This document shows, in pieces, positions 52,049 to 64,000 of a DNA stretch of 64,000 nucleotides. The stretch's first letter is position 1. Each line of letters starts with the position of its first letter. A program made the translations under genes and the position numbers. Source of the DNA: Eledone cirrhosa (Eukaryota); NCBI GenBank assembly GCA_964016885.1, contig OZ024752.1, positions 19,158,001 to 19,222,000 of the forward strand. Reading direction: 5' to 3'. The notes under the pieces are model-generated. The model had not been told where the DNA came from. It saw only the letters and a program-made list of their open reading frames with translations, and searched no databases.

Positions 52049-53245
52049 TAGGCTAATTCTTGTGGATCAGGGTTCACCTAAGGCTAATCACCGTGGATCA
52101 GGGTTCACCTTAGGCTAATTCTTGTGGATCAGGGTTCACCTAAGGCTAATCACCGTGGATCAGGGTTCACCTGAGGCTAATTATTGTGGATCAGGGTTCA
52201 CCTAAGGCTAATCACCGTGGATCAGGGTTCACCTAAGGCTAATCACCGTGGATCAGGGTTCACCTAAGGCTAATCACCGTGGATCAGGGTTCACCTGAGG
52301 TTAATCACTGTGGATCAGGGTTCACCTAAGGCTAATCACCGTGGATCAGGGTTCACCTGAGGTTAATCACTGTGGATCAGGGTTCACCTAAGGCTAATCA
52401 CCGTGGATCAGGGTTCACCTGAGGCTAATTATTGTGGATCAGGGTTCACCTAAGGCTAATCACCGTGGATCAGGGTTCACCTGAGGCTAATTATTGTGGA
52501 TCAGGGTTCACCTAAGGCTAATCACCGTGGATCAGGGTTCACCTGAGGCTAATCACTGTGGATCAGGGTTCACCTGAGGCTAATTATTGTGGATCAGGGT
52601 TCACCTAAGGCTAATCACCGTGGATCAGGGTTCACCTGAGGCTAATCACTGTGGATCAGGGTTCACCTGAGGTTAATCACTGTGGATCAGGGTTCACCTA
52701 AGGCTAATCACTGTGGATCAGGGTTCACCTAAGGCTAATCACCGTGGATCAGGGTTCACCTAGGGTTAATCACCGTGGATCAGGGTTCACCTGAGGTTAA
52801 TCACCGTGGATCAGGGTTCACCTGAGGCTAATCACTGTGGATCAGGGTTCACCTGAGGTTAATCACTGTGGATCAGGGTTCACCTGAGGTTAATCACTGT
52901 GGATCAGGGTTCACCTAAGGCTAATCACTGTGGATCAGGGTTCACCTGAGGTTAATCACTGTGGATCAGGGTTCACCTGAGGCTAATCACTGTGGATCAG
53001 GGTTCACCTAAGGCTAATCACTGTGGATCAGGGTTCACCTGAGGCTAATCACTGTGGATCAGGGTTCACCTAAGGCTAATTACCGTGGATCAGGATTCAC
53101 CTAAGGCTAATTATTGTGGATCAAGACTAAAGAGAGGCTAATTATTGTGAATCAGGGCTAAAGAGAGGCTAATTATTGTGAATCAGGGCTAAAGAGAGGC
53201 TAATTATTGTGAATCAGGGCTAAAGAGAGGCTAATTATTGTGGAT
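52049..53245. repeat. 31-bp intronic minisatellite (~35 copies plus 4 variant copies)
   Basis: Unit GTGGATCAGGGTTCACCT(A/G)AGGCTAATCAC(C/T); the terminal variant is GTGAATCAGGGCTAAAGAGAGGCTAATTATT. Confidence 0.95.
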
Positions 53246-53302
53246 CCGAGCTGATGTGAAGCTCCTAAAACAAAGAAACATAAAAACATAACAACAACTT
53301 AC

Positions 53303-53464
53303 CCATAACATGTTATTGTCTATTTCTGTTAACCTGGCGCCTGCTTGGTAATTGCTACAATGAATAGGAGTTAACAATCCATGTGGAATTTCTTTGGGGG
53401 GTTCAATAAATTGAATCTGGCTTTTAGATTTGTTTTGCAGTCGTTTGTGATTTTTAGGTGGCAT
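53303..53464 (-). CDS. RHNO1: RHNO1/RHINO-like protein, first coding exon
   Basis: ttcag|AG ATG: MPPKNHKRLQNKSKSQIQFIEPPKE...IDNNMLW|gtaagt. A phase 0 splice yields W-VSPQF; total 177 aa. Confidence 0.82.
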
Positions 53465-53542
53465 CTCTGAAATACAACAGGCAACAATGGGAAAATTAAT
53501 CATCATTATTATCATTTAACATTTGTGTTTCCTGCTAGCAAG

Positions 53543-54778
53543 GGTTGGACAGGTGATCACAGACTGAGTCACATGGAGAGCTATGGGTTGGACAGGTGAT
53601 CACAGACTGAGTCACATGGAGAGCTATGGGTTGGACAGGTGATCACAGACCGAGAACACATAGGAGAGCTATGGGTTGGACAGGTGATCACAGACCGAGA
53701 ACACATGGGAGAGCTATGGGTTGGACAGGTGATCACAGACTGAGTCACATGGAGAGCTATGGGTTGGACAGGTGATCACAGACTGAGAACACATGGAGAG
53801 CTATGGGTTGGACAGGTGATCACAGACTGAGAACACATAGGAGAGCTATGGGTTGGACAGGTGATCACAGACCGAGAACACATAGGAGAGCTATGGGTTG
53901 GACAGGTGATCACAGACTGAGAACACATGGAGAGCTATGGGTTGGACAGGTGATCACAGACTGAGAACACATGGAGAGCTATGGGTTGGACAGGTGATCA
54001 CAGACTGAGTCACATGGGAGAGCTATGGGTTGGACAGGTGATCACAGACCGAGAACACATAGGAGAGCTATGGGTTGGACAGGTGATCACAGACCGAGAA
54101 CACGTGGAGAGCTATGGGTTGGACAGGTGATCACAGACTGAGAACACATGGAGAGCTATGGGTTGGACAGGTGATCACAGACCGAGAACATGTGGAGAGC
54201 TATGGGTTGGACAGGTGATCACAGACTGAGAACACATAGGAGAGCTATGGGTTGGACAGGTGATCACAGACCGAGAACACGTGGAGAGCTATGGGTTGGA
54301 CAGGTGATCACAGACTGAGAACACATGGAGAGCTATGGGTTGGACAGGTGATCACAGACCGAGAACACATGGAGAGCTATGGGTTGGACAGGTGATCACA
54401 GACCGAGAACACATAGGAGAGCTATGGGTTGGACAGGTGATCACAGACTGAGAACACATAGGAGAGCTATGGGTTGGACAGGTGATCACAGACTGAGAAC
54501 ACATAGGAGAGCTATGGGTTGGACAGGTGATCACAGACTGAGAACACATGGAGAGCTATGGGTTGGACAGGTGATCACAGACTGAGTCACATGGAGAGCT
54601 ATGGGTTGGACAGGTGATCACAGACTGAGAACACATAGGAGAGCTACGGGTTGGACAGGTGATCACAGACTGAGTCACATGGAGAGCTATGGGTTGGACA
54701 GGTGATCACAGACTGAGAACACATGGAGAGCTATGGGTTGGACAGGTGATCACAGACTGAGAACACATGGAGAGCTAT
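53543..54778. repeat. 43-46-bp minisatellite (~28 copies)
   Basis: Unit ATGGGTTGGACAGGTGATCACAGACTGAGAACACATGGAGAGCT. Confidence 0.95.
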
Positions 54779-56654
54779 CTCTCACATAGGATGGAGGTGT
54801 TATGTTCCAGCACTTTAGCAAGTGTTCAGATAGGCAATCAGTTCTCTATTACATACAATACAATTGACAGTAATTTACAGTGTAACCAGTGTATGTACAG
54901 TGTAGACACAGTGTAACAATAGTGTAGCCGGAGTGCAACCACAGTGTAACCTGTGTAGACAGTAACTAGTGTATGTACAGTGTAGCTGGAGTGTAACCTG
55001 TGTAGGCAGTGTAGTCACAGTGTAACCAGTGTAGACAGTGTAGTCACAGTGTAGACAGTGTAACTAGTGTAGCTACAGTGTAACCAGTGTAGCTACAGTG
55101 TAACCAGTGTAAGAAAGTCTGTAGAACTTTCTCTATCTTGTACAGCTGATATTTATCACTGATGTTATACTGAATAAATGTTGTATAAGGGGATTAGCAC
55201 ATGTGTGTGTAGGTGTGTGAGATAAAGAGAGTGAGTGTGAATGAATGGAAGAGAGACAGAGAATGTGTGTTTATAGATGTGTCTGTATAGAAAGTAAGCA
55301 TTCATATTAGATGGTGTGTGTTATAGTTGCAAGTGGACAAAGCCTTTGTTAGTGGAGACCGACAGACTGCAACTTATTGTGGTTGTTACCTACAACACTA
55401 GGCCTCACTGGTCAGATATACCTTAATGAACATTCTCAAGCTACAATTTCCATCTATCTTGTCATCTATCATTTCAATGACATACATACTATAATGAAAA
55501 TAATGAATTCTTAGAGAGGCATTTAGGGAGAAGATAGAAGCAGAAGTTTGTGTGATGTTATGGCTTTGTTAACATAACCATCTGTTTATGAGAATCCCGT
55601 GTGTGTATTTCAATATAACCATATAATCCACTCAAGGCAGTGAATCTTTCAGCTCTCTGCATCCAGAGTTCAACTTTGCCTTTCATTCTTTTGAGGTCGA
55701 TAAAGTACCAGTCCTGTACTGGGGTTGATTCTTCCTCTATATTACTTCCTCCACTTCTCTATCACCCCCCCCCCCCCATTCACTGGAAGATTCAGCCTAG
55801 TTCAGATCTGGAGAGGAGATGGGCTCCACCAAGTTTAAAATGCCCATCGTCATCATCATCATTTCACGTCTATCTTCCATGCTAGCATGACCCAAGAAAT
55901 GTCATATGTTCCAAGGACACCCCTTGGGAGTTATGGAGTTGTTAGAATGTCAGAGAGGTGATTTTTGATATCTCCTCTGGATCTGTGCATTTTGAGTTCA
56001 AATCCTGCCTCATATCACCAGAAAGGTGGTAACTATGTGTGTATTGACAGAATTGTTAGAGAATCAGACAAAATGGCTTGCATTATGATTCGATTATGTG
56101 CACTCTAAGTTCAAATTGTGCTTCATGTCACCAGGAAAATGGTGACCAGACAGAATTTTAGCAGCTTCCGTCCGTCACACAATGTGTGTGTAAAAGGAAG
56201 GAAGGGGATGGTGAAAAGACTATAGCAAATCAGCAGCTGGCATTCCATTTCCTACGCTGTGTGTATCTGTATGTTTGTGTAAATGTATGTCTGTGTGTGT
56301 TTTCGTGAATGTATGTGTATTTGTGTGAATGTATGTCTGTGAATGTGTATTTTTGTAAGTGTGTCTGTGTTTGCACATTTATATTTATATACTCATACAT
56401 ATAAATGTATGCATATGCACACATACACATATACACATACGTGTCAGGTTAAGCCATAACAACAGCACTAAAACATTATAAACATCTTTCTTTAACCACA
56501 TAACCAATGAAGTTATTGGTATTTTTTTTACTGGTTTAAGTCAGACTGCAGCTATGCTAGGGCACCACCACTTGTGGTTCATAATCGTCTAACCCATGCA
56601 AGCATGGGAAAAAATGGACGTTAGATGATGAATTACATCTTATATATTGAGTTT

Positions 56655-56915
56655 TGAGCAAGACAGAAGACTGTGTTGGTGCAGACATGTGATGCACATC
56701 GATGATGATTGCTGGGTGAAGAAGTGCCAGGAAATCTTAGTGGAAGGAAGCCATGTTAGAAGGTAAACCAAGGAAGACCTGGGCAGAGGTGGTGAGAGTT
56801 GATCTCAAATCACAGAGGATATGACAAAGGAATGTGGTGAGTAGAAAGATGCTGTGCTGGAAAGGACCTGTCCAACCTAGGCAAACATGGAAAAACAGAC
56901 GTAAAAACAATACTG
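56655..56915 (+). mobile_element. Decayed RTE 3' fragment
   Basis: RRLCWCRHVMHIDDDCWVKKC...GKPRKTWAEVVRVD followed by an RTE-type tail. Confidence 0.7.
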
Positions 56916-57406
56916 ATAATGATATTAAATAAAATGGCATGAAATGTCTGCAAGCAGGAATAAGGTTTCATGTAAAGCTCAACATTTCAACAGGTGGAGG
57001 TAAAGCAGGTATGCCATGCCAATGATAAAGTAGAGTATTGGCTAACAGCAGGACAGGATGGAACCTTATACATTGTTCTTCATCAAATAATGCTCAGTAA
57101 CAAAACATAACATGAAGTGGACATATTTACTTGTTACTTCAAGGGTTGACATAACTAAGTGGATTCTACTCCAAACAGCAAACTGGAGTTTAAACTAGTT
57201 AAACAACTACCCCTTCTGGAGTTAATGCTTAAAAAGAAATAAGGAAATACTTAATACAAAAAAACAGCAAAGAACAGCTCCAATATATTTTGTGTAAAAT
57301 AATTGATTTCAATAATCGTGACGTGATTTGGTTAAAATGATATTTACATTGTGTATGGGTGTAGGATAAAAGGCTGTACATATATGTATTATTGTGTAGG
57401 TTAAAT

Positions 57407-57593
57407 AATTGTTTCTACTTTAGGCACAAGGCCAGCAATTACCCAGTGCATTACTGGTACTTTATTTTATCGACCCCGTAAGGATGAAAGGCAAAGTTAA
57501 CCTCGGCGGGATTTGAACTCAGAATGTAAAGGGACGTAACTATGCTAGAAAGCATGGCGTCCGACCCACTACCGATACTGCCAATTCACCGCC
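57407..57593 (-). mobile_element. Nin/Deu-like SINE with target-site duplication
   Basis: Flanked on both sides by TTGTGTAGGTTAAATAAT. Confidence 0.9.
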
Positions 57594-57742
57594 TTTGTGT
57601 AGGTTAAATAATGTGTGTGTATCAGGACAAAATGCTGCTTCTACAGTTTCTTCTTCTGCATCCAACATATTCCTGAGAGGATCATGGAGACAGAATCCTC
57701 AAACACTCCTTCCAGTGGGTCCTGTCAGAAGCAACCGTCTCC

Positions 57743-60700
57743 AACTGAACCCCTTAACCACACAGCTATGCTATATGTATAAAACTGAACCCCTTAACCA
57801 CACAGCTATGCTATATGTATAAAACTGAACCCCTTAACCACACAGCTATGCTATATGTATAAAACTGACCCCTTAACCACACAGCTATGCTATATGTATA
57901 AAACTGAACCCCTTAACCACACAGTTATGCTATATGTATAAAACTGAACCCCTTAACCACACAGCTATGCTATATGTATAAAACTGACCCCTTAACCACA
58001 CAGCTATGCTATATGTATAAAACTGAACCCCTTAACCACACAGCTATGCTATATGTATAAAACGGAACCCCTTAACCACACAGCTATGCTATATGTATAA
58101 AACTGAACCCCTGAACCACACAGCTATGCTATATGTATAAAACTGAACCCCTTAACCACACAGCTATGCTATATGTATAAAACTGACACCTTAACCACAC
58201 AGCTATGCTATATGTATAAAACTGAATCCCCTAACCACACAGCTATGCTATATGTATAAAACTGAACCCCTTAACCACACAGCTATGCTATATGTATAAA
58301 ACTGAACCCCTTAACCACACAGCTATGCTATATGTATAAAACTGAACCCCTTAACCACACAGCTATGCGATATGTATAAAACTGAACCCCTTAACCACAC
58401 AGCTATGCTATATGTATAAAGCTGAACCCCTTAACCACACAGCTATGCTATATGTATAAAACTGAACCCCTTAACCACACAGCTATGCTATATGTATAAA
58501 ACTGACCCCTTAACCACACAGCTATGCTATATGTATAAAACTGACCCCTTAACCACACAGCTATGCTATATGTATAAAACTGAACCCCTTAACCACACAG
58601 CTATGCTATATGTATAAAACTGAACCCCTAAACCACACAGCTATGCTATATGTATAAAACTGAACCCCTTAACCACACAGCTATGCTTTATGTATAAAAC
58701 TGAACCCCTTAACCACACAGCTATGCGATATGTATAAAACTGAACCCCTGAACCACACAGCTATGCTATATGTATATAACTGAACCCCTTAACCACACAG
58801 CTATGCTATATGTATATAACTGAACCCCTTAACCACACAGCTATGCTATATGCATAAAACTGAACCCCTTAACCACACAGCTATGCTATATGTATAAAAC
58901 TGAACCCATTAACCACACAGCTATGCTATATGTATGAAACTGAAACCCTTAACCACACAGCTATGCTATATGTATAAAACTGAAACCCTTAACCACACAG
59001 CTATGCTATATGTATAAAACTGAAACCCTTAACCACACAGCTATGCTATATGTATAAAACTGAACCCATTAACCACACAGCTATGCTATATGTATGAAAC
59101 TGAAACCCTTAACCACACAGCTATGCTATATGTATAAAACTGAAACCCTTAACCACACAGCTATGCTATATGTATAAAACTGAACCCATTAACCACACAG
59201 CTATGCTATATGTATGAAACTGAAACCCTTAACCACACAGCTATGCTATATGTATAAAACTGAAACCCTTAACCACACAGCTATGCTATATGTATAAAAC
59301 TGAACCCATTAACCACACAGCTATGCTATATGTATGAAACTGAAACCCTTAACTACACAGCTATGCTATATGTATAAAACTGAAACCCTTAACCACACAG
59401 CTATGCTATATGTATAAAACTGAACCCCTTAACCACACAGCTATGCTATATGTATAAAACTGAACCCCTTAGCCACACAGCTATGCTATATGTATAAAAC
59501 TGAACTCCTTAGCCACAGAGCTATGCTAAATGTATAAAACTGAACCCCTTAGCCACACAGCTATGCTATATGTATGAAACTGAAACCCTTAACCACACAG
59601 CTATGCTATATGTATAAAACTGAACCCCTTAACCACACAGCTATGCTATATGTATGAAACTGAACCCCTTAACCACACAGCTATGCTATATGTATAAAAC
59701 TGACCCCTTAACCACACAGGTATGCGATATGTATAAAACTGAACCCCTTAACCACACAGCTATGATATATGTATAAAACTGAATCCCTTAACCACACAGG
59801 TATGCGATATGTATAAAACTGAACCCCTTAACCACACAGCTATGATATATGTATAAAACTGACACCTTAACCACACAGCTATGCTATATGTATCAAACAG
59901 AACCCCTTAACCACACAGGTATGCGATATGTATAAAACTGAACCCCTTAACCACACAGCTATGCTATATGTATAAAACGGAACCCCTTAACCACACAGCT
60001 ATGCTATATGTATAAAACTGAACCCCTGAACCACACAGCTATGCTATATGTATAAAACTGAACCCCTTAACCACACAGCTATGCTATATGTATAAAACTG
60101 AACCCCTTAACCACACAGCTATGCTATATGTATAAAACTGAACCCATTAACCACACAGCTATGCTATATGTATGAAACTGAAACCCTTAACCACACAGCT
60201 ATATGTATAAAACTGACACCTTAACCACACAGCTATGCTATATGTATAAAACTGAACCCCTTAACCACACAGCTATGCTATATGTATAAAACTGAACCCC
60301 TTAACCACACAGCTATGCTATATGTATAAAACTGACACCTTAACCACACAGCTATGCTATATGTATAAAACTGACACCTTAACCACACAGCTATGCTATA
60401 TGTATAAAACTGAACCCATTAACCACACAGCTATGCTATATGTATGAAACTGAACCCCTTAACCACACAGCTATGCTATATGTATAAAACTGAAACCCTT
60501 AACCACACAGCTATGCTATATGTATAAAACTGACACCTTAACCACACAGCTATGCTATATGTATAAAACTGAAACCCTTAACCACACAGGTATGCTATAT
60601 GTATAATACTGAACCCCTTAACCACACAGCTATGCTATATGTATAAAACTGAACCCCTTAACCACACAGCTATGCTATATGTATAAAACTGAACCCCTTA

Positions 60701-63700
60701 ACCACACAGCTATGCTATATGTATAAAACTGAACCCCTTAGCCACACAGCTATGTATATGTATAAAACTGAACCCCTTAGCCACACAGCTATGTATATGT
60801 ATAAAACTGAACCCCTTAACCACACAGCTATGCTATATGTATAAAACTGAACCCCTTAACCACACAGCTATGCGATATGTATAGAACTGAACCCCTTAAC
60901 CACACAGCTATGCTATATGTACATAACTGAACCCCTTAACCACACAGCTATGCTATATGCATAAAACTGAACCCCTTAACCACACAGCTATGCTATATGT
61001 ATAAAACTGAACCCCTTAACCACACAGCTATGCTATATGTATAAAACTGAAACCCTTAACCACACAGTTATGCTATATGTATAAAACTGAACCCCTTAAC
61101 CACACAGCTATGCTATGTGTATAAAACTGACACCTTAACCACACAGGTATGCTATATGTATAAAACTGAACCCCTTAACCACACAGCTATGCTATATGTA
61201 TAAAACTGAACCCCTTAACCACACAGCTATGATATATGTATAAAACTGAACCCCTTAACCACACAGCTATGCTATATGTATGAAACTGAACCCCTTAACC
61301 ACACAGCTATGCTATATGTATAAAACTGACCCCTTAACCACACAGCTATGCTATATGTATAAAACTGACCCCTTAACCACACAGCTATGCTATATGTATA
61401 AAACTGAAACCCTTAACCACACAGCTATGCTATATGTATAAAACTGAACCCCTTAACCACACAGCTATGGTATATGTATAAAACTGAACTCCTTAACCAC
61501 ACAGCTATGCAATATGTATAAAACTGAACCCCTGAACCACACAGCTATGCTATATGTATGAAACTGAACCCCTTAACCACACAGCTATGCTATATGTATA
61601 AAACTGAACTCCTTAACCACACAGCTATGCTATATGTATAAAACTGAACCCCTGAACTACACAGCTATGCTATATGTATAAAACTGAACCCCCTAACCAG
61701 ACAGCTATGCTATATGTATAAAACTGACACCTTAACCACACAGCTATGCTATATGTATAAAACTGAACCCCTTAACCACACAGCTATGCTATATGTATAA
61801 AACTGAACCCCTTAACCACACAGCTATGCTATATGTATAAAACTGAACCCCTTAACCACACAGCTATGCTATATGTATAAAACTGAACCCCTTAACCACA
61901 CAGCTATGCTATATGTATAAAACTGAACCCCTTAACCACACAGCTATGCTATATGTATAAAACTGAACCCCCTAACCTCACAGCTATGCTATATGTATGA
62001 AACTGAACCTCTTAACCACACAGCTATGCTATATGTATAAAACTGAACCCCTTAACCACACAGCTATGCTATATGTATAAAACTGAACTCCTTAATCACA
62101 CAGCTATGCTATATGTATAAAACTGAACCCCTTAACCACACAGCTATGCTATATGTATAAAACTGAACCCCTTAACCACACAGCTATGCTATATGTATAA
62201 AACTGAACCCCTTAACCACACAGCTATGCGATATGTATAAAACTGAACCCCTTAACCACACAGCTATGCTATATGTATAAAACTGACCCCTTAACCACAC
62301 AGCTATGCTATATGTATAAAACTGACCCCTTAACCACACAGCTATGCTATATGTATAAAACTGAACCCCTTAACCACACAGCTATGCTATATGTATAAAA
62401 CTGAACCCCTAAACCACACAGCTATGCTATATGTATAAAACTGAACCCCTTAACCACACAGCTATGCGATATGTATAAAACTGAACCCCTTAACCACACA
62501 GCTATGCTATATGTATATAACTGAACCCCTTAACCACACAGCTATGCTATATGTATATAACTGAACCCCTTAACCACACAGCTATGCTATATGCATAAAA
62601 CTGAACCCCTTAACCACACAGCTATGCTATATGTGTAAAACTGAACCCCTTAACCAGACAGCTATGCTATATGTATGAAACTGAACCCCTTAACCACACA
62701 GCTATGCTATATGTATAAAACTGAAACCCTTAACCACACAGAAATGCTATATGTATAAAACTGAACTCCTTAACCACACAGCTATGCTATATGTATGAAA
62801 CTGAACCCCTTAACCACACAGCTATGCTATATGTATAAAACTGAACCCCTTAACCACACAGCTATGCTATATGTATAAAACTGAACCCCTTAGCCACACA
62901 GCTATGCTATATGTATAAAACTGAACCCCTTAGCCACACAGCTATGTATATGTATAAAACTGAACCCCTTAGCCACACAGCTATGTATATGTATAAAACT
63001 GAACCCCTTAACCACACAGCTATGCTATATGTATAAAACTGAACCCCTTAACCACACAGCTATGCGATATGTATAAAACTGAAACCCTTAACCACACAGC
63101 TATGCTATATGTATATAACTGAACCCCTTAACCACACAGCTATGCTATATGCATAAAACTGAACCCCTTAACCACACAGCTATGCTATATGTATAAAACT
63201 GAACCCCTTAACCACACAGCTATGCTATATGTATAAAACTGAACCCCTTAACCACACAGGTATGCTATATGTATAAAACTGACACCTTAACCAAACAGCT
63301 ATGCTATATGTATAAAACAGAACCCCTTAACCACACAGCTATGCTATATGTATAAAACTGAACCCTTTAACCACACAGCTATGCTACATGTATAAAACTG
63401 AACCCCTTAACCACACAGCTATGCTATATGTATAAAACTGAAACCCTTAACCACACAGAAATGCTATATGTATAAAACTGAACTCCTTAACCACACAGCT
63501 ATGCTATATATATGAAACTGAACCCCTTAACCACACAGCTATGCTATATGTATAAAACTGAAAGCCTTAACCACACAGCTATGCTATATGTATAAAACTG
63601 AACCCCTTAACCACACAGCTATGCTATATGTATAAAACTGAACCCCTTAGCCACACAGCTATGTATATGTATAAATTTGAACCCCTTAGCCACACAGCTA

Positions 63701-64000
63701 TGTATATGTATAAAACTGAACCCCTTAACCACACAGCTATGCTATATGTATAAAACTGAACCCCTTAACCACACAGCTATGCTATATGTATAAAACTGAA
63801 CCCCTTAACTACACAGCTATGCTATACGTATAAAACTGAACCCCTTAACCACACAGCTATGCTATATGTATAAAACTGAACCCCTTAACCACACAGCTAT
63901 GCTATATGTATAAAACTGAACCCCTTAACCACACAGCTATGCTATATGTATAAAACTGAACCCCTTAACCACACAGCTATGCTATATGTATAAAACTGAA
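57743..64000. repeat. 40-bp satellite (>150 copies, runs off the window)
   Basis: Unit AAACTGAACCCCTTAACCACACAGCTATGCTATATGTATA. Confidence 0.97.

Overview
Repeat-saturated, AT-rich animal genomic DNA; the SINE/RTE/(TA)n repertoire suggests an octopus-like cephalopod (inference). Two host genes are recognisable and convergent. One is the last four coding exons of a prolyl 3-hydroxylase (leprecan/P3H family, + strand, 31461-39127, ending KEEL). The other is a complete two-exon RHNO1/RHINO-like CDS (- strand, 53464-51536). Everything else is mobile DNA or satellite: two 5'-truncated RTE LINEs with a PHD-like finger, a Penelope-like (probably Naiad-type) GIY-YIG element, R4- and CRE-like fragments, two DD37D maT transposons, a non-autonomous Helitron, piggyBac-like MITEs, tRNA-derived SINEs, long degenerate (TA)n fields and several minisatellites. 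Structure not explained by ORFs includes multiple unrelated minimal hammerhead-ribozyme motifs and long fold-back palindromes mostly embedded in (TA)n, a fold-back just upstream of each P3H exon, satellites traceable to TE pieces, and an apparently indel-free 39-bp array flanked by a 34-bp direct repeat. Nearly all YI/YM-rich ORFs in the track are microsatellite artefacts. Coordinates were counted by eye and TE borders are approximate.
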